Positions 50,487 through 56,942 of a stretch of 64,000 nt of DNA are shown piece by piece. The position numbers and the translations under genes are program-made. The notes under the pieces are model-generated. The model saw only the letters and a list, made by a program, of their open reading frames with translations. It was not told the DNA's origin and did not search any database. Within the stretch, counting starts at the first letter, position 1. The number at the start of each line of letters is the position of its first letter. Source of the stretch: Gemmatimonadales bacterium (GTDB lineage: Bacteria; Gemmatimonadota; Gemmatimonadetes; Gemmatimonadales; GWC2-71-9); assembly GCA_035693225.1 (NCBI GenBank), contig DASSGV010000086.1, forward strand, positions 1,335-65,334, given 5' to 3'.

Positions 50487-51764
50487 ATGGCGCCACGCCG
50501 AACTACGTTCACGCTACTCGCGCTAGTCTTACCCTCACTGTTGCTCGTCTCCGCCTGCGGTGAGACATCAACGCAGCCCAACACACCGCTTGGTGGAATG
50601 AGCCGATCCAATGCGGCTCCGCCAAGTGACTATGTTGCAACCCCAGCGGGCTGGTATCATCGCTCGTGTGTTCATGAGATTCCCAATGGCGCCCGTGTGG
50701 ACGCCAAGGGACTCGTCACCCGTAGCGACCGAAGCACCTTTCAAATCCCTCAGTGCTCGTACCCCATCTATCCTAGCGCACCGGGGCTCAGCGCACAGGC
50801 CATACCGGCTTCGCCCACAAACAATGGTTGGATCGAATTCGCGTCCTACCAGTTGCCCTCCGGCAACAGCTTCCGTCAACTCACCGCGGGCTGGCATATC
50901 GGAGCCGCGCCAACAGGTGCTTACACTGGTACGCAGCTTTTCTACAGTTTTCCCGGTCTCGAAGATCTTCTAGATCCGACGGTCTATATCATCCAGCCGG
51001 TGATTCAATATGGCTACAATGGCAGCTTCGGCGGATCGTACTGGACCGCAGCGTCGTGGCGCTGTAACTCCGGAAGCGATTGCCGGTATGGGACTCCGAT
51101 CGTCGCAGCCGTCGGGGACTCTGTGTACGGAAGTGTGCAGGCCAGCGCGTGCGTGAACGGTATATGCACCTGGACAATTTCCGTGGTAGATGTGACCAAG
51201 GGCACGCGCTCCGATTGGACGGCCGATGATACGGACAACTACGATTGGGTGACAGGCGGGGCTGTTGAAGTCAACGACCTCACCGAATGCAACCAATACC
51301 CCGATACCGGCGTGTATTATTCGAGCATCTCGCTGTACGATCGATACGGGAGCCGAACCACACCGGCGTGGGCCAACTCCCTGCCGCTGAACCCCAGCCC
51401 GTCGTGTGGGTTTGATGTTGCCTCGGGACCGACCACCGTGAACCTGTTCTACAATAGACCGCCACCGCCGCCACCACCATCACCGCTATCAAACTCCATC
51501 TATGCCAATCCACCATCGTATACTGCACAGCCGACCGGCGGTACCCTGCCGTACAGCTATTCGTGGGAGTGGTGCGCGATCAACTGTTACACGCAATATT
51601 CTCCTGCCAAGGCGAGCAGCTCAGTGCCCGACGTAGTTTCGCAGGGCTGGCATACCTTCTCAACAAGCCGGTCGGTCCAATGGACGATGTCGCAGAGTAC
51701 GTTGCGCTCGACCGTGACTGATGCGCACAGCGCGCAGGCTGTGGCCACGAATTACGTCCAGTGA
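50487..51764 (+). CDS. lipoprotein with possible glutamic-peptidase (G1/eqolisin)-like beta-sandwich domain, poly-Pro linker and PKD-like C-terminal domain
   Basis: GGAGG lies 6 nt before ATG 50487. Lipobox LLLVSAC. Gln-containing motif IIQPVIQYG and Glu-containing motif GGAVEVND are spaced as in G1 peptidases (weak, by eye). PPPPPPPP linker. GGTLPYSYSWEW. Confidence 0.6.
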   Translation: MAPRRTTFTLLALVLPSLLLVSACGETSTQPNTPLGGMSRSNAAPPSDYVATPAGWYHRSCVHEIPNGARVDAKGLVTRSDRSTFQIPQCSYPIYPSAPGLSAQAIPASPTNNGWIEFASYQLPSGNSFRQLTAGWHIGAAPTGAYTGTQLFYSFPGLEDLLDPTVYIIQPVIQYGYNGSFGGSYWTAASWRCNSGSDCRYGTPIVAAVGDSVYGSVQASACVNGICTWTISVVDVTKGTRSDWTADDTDNYDWVTGGAVEVNDLTECNQYPDTGVYYSSISLYDRYGSRTTPAWANSLPLNPSPSCGFDVASGPTTVNLFYNRPPPPPPPSPLSNSIYANPPSYTAQPTGGTLPYSYSWEWCAINCYTQYSPAKASSSVPDVVSQGWHTFSTSRSVQWTMSQSTLRSTVTDAHSAQAVATNYVQ

Positions 51765-51843
51765 CGCCACTGGCATAAACAAGTCAATTGGCTCGAACCA
51801 GGCCACTCACCGCGGCTGTCGCAGCGGGCTTGTCCGCAACGCC

Positions 51844-51877
51844 AACGGGGCTCCGATGTGATTCGGGGCCCCGTTTT
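51844..51877 (+). terminator. terminator-type hairpin H2 (same family as H1) with T-tail
   Basis: aacggggctccgatgtgattcggggccccgtttt lies between the convergent lipoprotein gene and the parE-like gene. Confidence 0.6.
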
Positions 51878-51896
51878 GGTATGCGTCAGCCGGGCC

Positions 51897-52193
51897 TCAG
51901 CCGCGCGACTGCCAGGTATTCGGGTCCCGGCGTGCGTGAACGCATCCGACGACGACCGTGACGGTCTCCTCAGCCACGTAGTAGACGGCGTACGGAAAGC
52001 GCCGGAGGTTCGCCCGACGCACCGTCCCGTGCACTATCGGAAAGAGATCCGGCTGACGCGCGATGGCCGACAGCGTCGCCCGGACGTTCCGGAGGAACTC
52101 GGCGCCCAATCCGATCGACCGCTCCTCGTACCAGGCCCCCGCCGCCGCGAGATCGAGTTCCGCCTCGGGCTCAAGCAACAAGCGCGGCGTCAT
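51897..52193 (-). CDS. type II toxin, RelE/ParE family
   Basis: 98 aa. The LEPEAELDLAAAGAWYEE...RRFPYAVYYVAEETVTVVVGCVHARRDP pattern is typical of ParE-like toxins. Its start overlaps the antitoxin stop by 4 nt. Confidence 0.8.
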   Translation of the reverse strand: MTPRLLLEPEAELDLAAAGAWYEERSIGLGAEFLRNVRATLSAIARQPDLFPIVHGTVRRANLRRFPYAVYYVAEETVTVVVGCVHARRDPNTWQSRG

Positions 52194-52405
52194 CCGCCGC
52201 GCTTCTCGAGATCCCGCATCGCCTCATCCCACGGCCGCCCTCGTTGGGGATCCTGGCGGTGCAGTTCCATCCGGCGATCGAGCTCGGCCCGATGGCTCTC
52301 CAGGATCGGGACGGACTCGGAGGGCAGGCTGTCCCACAGGTCCTCGGCGAGCTGAATGCGCTCAGCGGGGCTCAGACGGCTGAAGTCAAAGGCCGGGGCG
52401 GACAT
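52190..52405 (-). CDS. putative addiction-module antitoxin component (TIGR02574-like)
   Basis: LSPAERIQLAEDLWDSL....HRAELDRR pattern. 71 aa, immediately upstream of the toxin. Confidence 0.75.
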   Translation of the reverse strand: MSAPAFDFSRLSPAERIQLAEDLWDSLPSESVPILESHRAELDRRMELHRQDPQRGRPWDEAMRDLEKRGG

Positions 52406-52573
52406 GGCCGAAATCTTGGGAATCCGGGGCGGGCTGGCAAGAGGGGGCCGGGATCAGGCCGTATGGCGACAATCCCGCGAAGGGGGTGACCCGCGCGGGG
52501 CGAAGCTGGCCCCGGCGGATCTTCCCGGCCTGCTTGATGCTGGCCACCAGTCGCTTGAAATCAGTCGGGTTCA
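52386..52573 (-). pseudogene. possible remnant of an XRE-type antitoxin (N-terminal motif only)
   Basis: GAGGAGG lies 7 nt before ATG 52573. MNPTDFKRLVASIKQAGKIRRGQLRPARVT resembles the N-terminal leader of HTH antitoxins, but no HTH follows and the frame runs into the next gene. Confidence 0.3.
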
Positions 52574-52664
52574 TTTCAATTCCTCCTCGATCAGCCGCCC
52601 AAGAATAAGGAGGCAAGAGAAAAGAGACAACGCAGATCGAGATCAATACAAGATCAGGAATGTC

Positions 52665-52697
52665 AAACCGGGCTCCGAAGAATTCGGAGCCCCGTTT
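52665..52697 (-). terminator. terminator-type hairpin H3 (same family)
   Basis: aaaccgggctccgaagaattcggagccccgttt lies downstream of the orphan antitoxin gene on the minus strand. Confidence 0.5.
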
Positions 52698-52794
52698 CAT
52701 TCACATTACTCCCAGCCCAGGTGCCTGGCCTGATACCAAGAAAAAGCCTCCGCGACGTCCGCGAAGGCCTCGTTCCGAAAGCGGATCGCGACAG

Positions 52795-53013
52795 TCACTC
52801 TTGCCGCCGGAGGCGCTCCAGGACCTCTTCCCATGGAAGGCTTGGAGCCGCAGACGGGTCATCCAACCGACGATCCAACTCCGCCCGGTGCCAGTCGGGG
52901 ATCGGGACCGCCTCCGGCGTGGCGGCGATGCCATCCCAGATATCCTCGACCAGGCGAAGCCGTTCTTCGAGCGGGAGCCGGCTGATCTCGTCCATAATGG
53001 TCTTGGGCGTCAT
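52795..53013 (-). CDS. orphan addiction-module antitoxin component (TIGR02574-like), no cognate toxin downstream
   Basis: LPLEERLRLVEDIWDGI....WHRAELDRRL, a paralogue of 52190..52405. About 100 nt of non-coding sequence and hairpin H3 follow instead of a toxin ORF. Confidence 0.7.
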   Translation of the reverse strand: MTPKTIMDEISRLPLEERLRLVEDIWDGIAATPEAVPIPDWHRAELDRRLDDPSAAPSLPWEEVLERLRRQE

Positions 53014-53072
53014 AGGATTATCTGCGGGTTCCGCGCCCCTGGGGCAAGCGCCGATAGCGGATAGACCGCCCG

Positions 53073-53729
53073 CTACTTCGCCAAACGATACAGGTAGTTG
53101 CGCTGAGCGACCGGCCCGATGCCAGGGATGTCGGTCCGCCGGATGAACGTGACCAGCTTCTTGCTCGAGTCATCAACGCTGTCCTTCACCCAGAACCCGA
53201 CCCGTTTCCCGTCGACCAATCCGACCACCCGATAGGAATTCGCCGCCGCATTGACCTCCACTTCAAATTGCTCCCCCGCCCTCCAGGGGTGAGCGATGCT
53301 GGTGTCGGGCTCGGAACCGAGCGCATTCACCTTGACGTCGAGGTCATAGGAAACCGCGGGGCCGTGGTTCTCGGCGTACCACAGGATCGTGTCCGCCTGG
53401 CCGATGTGGACCCGGTTCGAGTCCACGAGCCGGCACGCAGCCTCCGGCCTGCAGTGCAGGATGCTGTCGCTGACAACGGCGACCATCTCGGACTGGGGCA
53501 GCGGAAAGGCGCTGATGGTGACATTCGGATGGGCGGCCGTTCCGCCCCGGAGCCGCACCTGCGTCGAGCCCGACGAGGGGTGCCATTGGCCGGCCGGGAC
53601 CGTGTAGGTGGTGATGAGCTGCCAACTGTTGTCCGACCCCGCGGCCGGCACGATCGGCTCCCGAGCGCATCCCCCGAGGAGGAGGCTCACACAGGCGGCA
53701 CCGATGGCGTTACCAGACTTGACGGGCAC
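53073..53729 (-). CDS. hypothetical lipoprotein (218 aa)
   Basis: GTG 53729 is preceded by AGAGG. Lipobox SLLLGGC. The rest has no recognisable motif. The ORF extension to 53927 covers the pyrimidine-rich leader. Confidence 0.55.
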   Translation of the reverse strand: MPVKSGNAIGAACVSLLLGGCAREPIVPAAGSDNSWQLITTYTVPAGQWHPSSGSTQVRLRGGTAAHPNVTISAFPLPQSEMVAVVSDSILHCRPEAACRLVDSNRVHIGQADTILWYAENHGPAVSYDLDVKVNALGSEPDTSIAHPWRAGEQFEVEVNAAANSYRVVGLVDGKRVGFWVKDSVDDSSKKLVTFIRRTDIPGIGPVAQRNYLYRLAK

Positions 53730-53996
53730 AAGACCTCTAGCAGGAGACAAGAGAAAAGGGAGAACGCAGATCGGGAAAGCTGCGGAAACAGGGAAACGAA
53801 GAGGGCCCTTGGTCAACCCGGCCCCTTTGAGCGAGCTTACCTGCAAACCAGACCAAGGCCAACACCGCTCCCCAAGTCTATCTGCGCCGGCCCGCCTGAC
53901 GGGGAAGCTTACGGCAGTCCTTAGCAATCAATCATGTCCCGCGCCGCCGCGCCTCCGCCCGGTCAGCAGCAAGCGCGCGTTAGATGGCCGCCCTTG

Positions 53997-55490
53997 TCAC
54001 TGCGATACAACAAACGTCCCGAGCATCGGAAGCAATGCCCGCTCGTATTCTCCTTCGCGCACGCCAGGGTATGGCTTCGACTGCATCCGTACCACAATCA
54101 GGTCGAGCGCCGGTAGGACGTGGATATCTGTGTCAAGGTGTCCGTGAGTCGCGTAGGCGTGCGCCTCCGGGTCAAGCCACCACAGCAGGCCGTAATGTGA
54201 GTTCAGCGGTTGCGGTGTCGTCAGTGTATCCAACGCGTGCTCAGGGAACACTTGCGTCCCGAGCCAGTTGCCACGATGGAGGGCAAGTACTCCGATCCGT
54301 GCAAAATCACGTGCCGTGGTATACATACCCGCATATGTCCACGCGTGACCCGCCTGATCAATGTGCAATGAAGTGTTGCGCATACCAGCGGGACCGAACA
54401 ATCGCTTTGCGGCGTAGGCCTGAATCGGTTCGCCGGCGGCGGCATCGAGAATGGGGGACAACAACTGCGCGCCTTCGTTGCTGTACGCCCAAGTCGTGCC
54501 CGGGGATTCCTTGGGCACCAAGCCGATTACGAACCGGTCTTTGTCGGCAACAAATCCGACACTGCTGTCGGCACGTTGCATTGGCAAACCCGATGTCATA
54601 CTCATCAGCTGGCGGATAGTGACAAGACCCCGAACGCCAGTGCACCAGCTGGCGATATATCTGCATACCGTGTCGTCGAGCCCATGGAGCTTGCCGTCAG
54701 CCCGAAGCATGGTGATCAGGAGGCCCGTCACCGACTTCGTTGACGACATCGCCATCATCGGCTCGGCATATCGGGACGAATACCATTCTTGGACAATTTT
54801 ATCGTGGCGGATCACGAGGCACGCGTCCGCACCCGTACGCTGGCAAAGCTCTAAGTGTGCTTTCAGCGCAGTAGGTGACACCCCGACGGACTCAGCTGTC
54901 GTTAACTGCCAGAAGGTGTCTGCGGCCCGAACAGCGGAAGTCACGGCCCCCGCCCCGCCGCTCACGACGGCGGGCTTCTCGTCGCGCAGGGCGCGGAGCT
55001 CCCGCACGCTTGACGAATCACCGGTGGCCGCACAGAGGCTGTCGGTAGTGCGTAGTGCCACGGTAGCTTCGGCCGTCCTCGACAGGCGGTGCTCGGCGTA
55101 GGTCAATGACACCGCAACGCGGCACCGGTCGGTACCCGAGAGACCCGGCTTGGAGAGCTGTTCGCGAGCAATGCTGGAGGCGGCAACCCATTGACCCACG
55201 CGGTTGAGCTTCATGGCGGTGTCGACCGGTAGCTGCGCAGCCAGCGAGCCCGCGAACGCTAGTACGGCCCCGGCGGTCGCTGACACGACGATGAGGCTGC
55301 TGCCGCCGAAACTCACGAGCCGCCGCACGCCACCTCCAGGCAGCATGAGACTCGGCCATCTAAAGGCCGCGCTTGAGCTGCGGGCCCAAGCCAGCCGTGC
55401 GGATGGAGTGTGACGCGTCGCCGCGCTGCGATTTACCCGTCGAGTGAACAGAACGCCTCCACGGAACGGGCTCGCCAGCGTCATGCGCAT
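53997..55490 (-). CDS. serine hydrolase (beta-lactamase/transpeptidase-like fold) with ~200-aa N-terminal extension
   Basis: SxxK motif (MSSTKS), Y-x-N motif (WAYSNEG), and a third motif variant HGH. TM/signal RRLVSFGGSSLIVVSATAGAVLAFAG. Start uncertain (55490 or ATG 55346). Confidence 0.8.
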   Translation of the reverse strand: MRMTLASPFRGGVLFTRRVNRSAATRHTPSARLAWARSSSAAFRWPSLMLPGGGVRRLVSFGGSSLIVVSATAGAVLAFAGSLAAQLPVDTAMKLNRVGQWVAASSIAREQLSKPGLSGTDRCRVAVSLTYAEHRLSRTAEATVALRTTDSLCAATGDSSSVRELRALRDEKPAVVSGGAGAVTSAVRAADTFWQLTTAESVGVSPTALKAHLELCQRTGADACLVIRHDKIVQEWYSSRYAEPMMAMSSTKSVTGLLITMLRADGKLHGLDDTVCRYIASWCTGVRGLVTIRQLMSMTSGLPMQRADSSVGFVADKDRFVIGLVPKESPGTTWAYSNEGAQLLSPILDAAAGEPIQAYAAKRLFGPAGMRNTSLHIDQAGHAWTYAGMYTTARDFARIGVLALHRGNWLGTQVFPEHALDTLTTPQPLNSHYGLLWWLDPEAHAYATHGHLDTDIHVLPALDLIVVRMQSKPYPGVREGEYERALLPMLGTFVVSQ

Positions 55491-55502
55491 GTTAGAGCCA
55501 TG

Positions 55503-55922
55503 TCAAGACAAGCCAGATGGCGAATCCTTCGCGATGTGCGCCTCATAGCCAGCCACCACGGCGTCATAGACCAAGTCCGCGGATTCAGGAGCTGGGCGAT
55601 TGACAGCAAGGCAAGCATCCCTGATCCCATCTACTTGCATCCTGGCCGCAAACTTCCCTGGGTACCCATCGACGTTGTAGAGGCGCTGCCGAAACATCGT
55701 CATGGTGGATGTCATCACGACATTGGCCAACTTCGGGTCCTTCTTGTTGCGCATGTAGATGAACATGTCTACAAGGTACCACGCCACTTTATCGGCATCG
55801 TCGAAGCTCAGGCCATCCTCGATGTAGGCCGCCCGGATTGCCGAATGAATACGCCTCATCCGTGTCGTATTGAAAAGGAAGAGCGCGCCTGCGCCGAGTG
55901 CCAGCAGCAATATCCAACTCAT
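55503..55922 (-). CDS. hypothetical N-terminally anchored membrane protein (139 aa)
   Basis: ATG 55922, MSWILLLALGAGALFLF. It lies 13 nt upstream of the hydrolase gene. The 99-aa upstream extension of the ORF crosses repeat/leader sequence. Confidence 0.5.
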   Translation of the reverse strand: MSWILLLALGAGALFLFNTTRMRRIHSAIRAAYIEDGLSFDDADKVAWYLVDMFIYMRNKKDPKLANVVMTSTMTMFRQRLYNVDGYPGKFAARMQVDGIRDACLAVNRPAPESADLVYDAVVAGYEAHIAKDSPSGLS

Positions 55923-56136
55923 GATGGGCGGCTCTCCTATGGTCGGCGTACGCCTAACCAGTATTGGATCACAGTCCTGCTGGATACTGTACCGCCCCCG
56001 CAAGTTGCGCCAGTACAGGGGTGACGTGAGCAAACAATGGAGTCTCTCAAATGCGTTAGGCACCTCGTCCACGACCGGAGCTGCGTTTTCTCCTGTCTCT
56101 TTTCTCTCTCTTCTCCTCGCCTCATCCCCAAAAGCC

Positions 56137-56169
56137 AACGGGGCCCCGTCCACCACCGGAGCCCCGTTT
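56137..56169 (-). terminator. terminator-type hairpin H4 (inverted copy of H1)
   Basis: aacggggccccgtccaccaccggagccccgttt. Its reverse complement matches the H1 arms. The stem is better on minus-strand RNA. It lies 40 nt after the PP2C stop. Confidence 0.55.
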
Positions 56170-56208
56170 ACTTTCCCTCGCCTTCCCCCGCTTTCCTCCG
56201 CTTTCCCC

Positions 56209-56937
56209 TCACTCCTCAATCCTCACCACGATCGCCGTGATGTTGTCGAGCCCGCCGCGCCGGTTGGCGTCGGTGATGAGCGCATCGACCCATTCCTGTG
56301 GCCCGCCGGGTGAGGAGAGGATCTTCTGCAGGTGCTCGTCCTCCAGCATCCCGGTGAGGCCGTCGGAGGCGAGGAGGAGGACGTCTCCGGCGCGGAGGGC
56401 GCCGAAGTAGAGGTCGGGAAGCACGTCGGCGTTGGCGCCGACGCAGCGGGTGATGACGTTGCTGTAGGGGTGGACCCGCGCCTGTTCCGGCGTCAGCAAC
56501 CCGGCATCTACCTGTTCCTGCACGTAGGAGTGGTCCTTGGTGACCTGGAGCAGCTGACCATCCCGCAGCAGGTACGCTCGACTATCTCCCACCTGCCCCA
56601 TCAGGTACCGCCCCGCCAGGAGGACCAGCGAGGTGGCGGTGGTGCCCATCCCGCGCTTGTCGTGCTCGGTGAGGGTGCGCTCGAAGATGGCGGCGTTGGC
56701 GGCGCGGATGGCACCGCGCATCCGCTCGCCGACCTCTTCGTCGGTCAGGCCGCGGAGGGCGCCGAGCTCCTTGGCGATCGTGTTGACCGCCATCTCGCTG
56801 GCGACTTCGCCGGCGGCGTGGCCCCCCATCCCGTCGGCCACGATGAAGACGCCGCGATCGTCCTGCATGAGGTAGTTGTCCTCATTGCCGGAGCGGACGA
56901 TGCCGACGTCAGTGCGGGCCGCGCAGGAGAAGCGCAC
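56209..56937 (-). CDS. PP2C-family Ser/Thr protein phosphatase
   Basis: RTDVGIVRSGNEDN, VADGMGGHAAGEVAS, LLASDGL, DNITAIVV. GTG 56937 lies 5 nt after the FHA-gene stop. The ORF extension to 57402 is inside the FHA gene. Confidence 0.9.
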   Translation of the reverse strand: MRFSCAARTDVGIVRSGNEDNYLMQDDRGVFIVADGMGGHAAGEVASEMAVNTIAKELGALRGLTDEEVGERMRGAIRAANAAIFERTLTEHDKRGMGTTATSLVLLAGRYLMGQVGDSRAYLLRDGQLLQVTKDHSYVQEQVDAGLLTPEQARVHPYSNVITRCVGANADVLPDLYFGALRAGDVLLLASDGLTGMLEDEHLQKILSSPGGPQEWVDALITDANRRGGLDNITAIVVRIEE

Positions 56938-56942
56938 GGTGA

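Larger units (their letters stand above)
49287..56136. other. low-GC accessory island between convergent HD-phosphohydrolase and PP2C genes
   Basis: Hand counts of 60-nt samples give ~52-55% GC inside (49561-49620, 50581-50640) versus ~68% outside (45001-45060). The content is secreted hypotheticals, TA remnants and a serine hydrolase. It is bounded by inverted copies of one hairpin (H1, H4). Confidence 0.7.
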
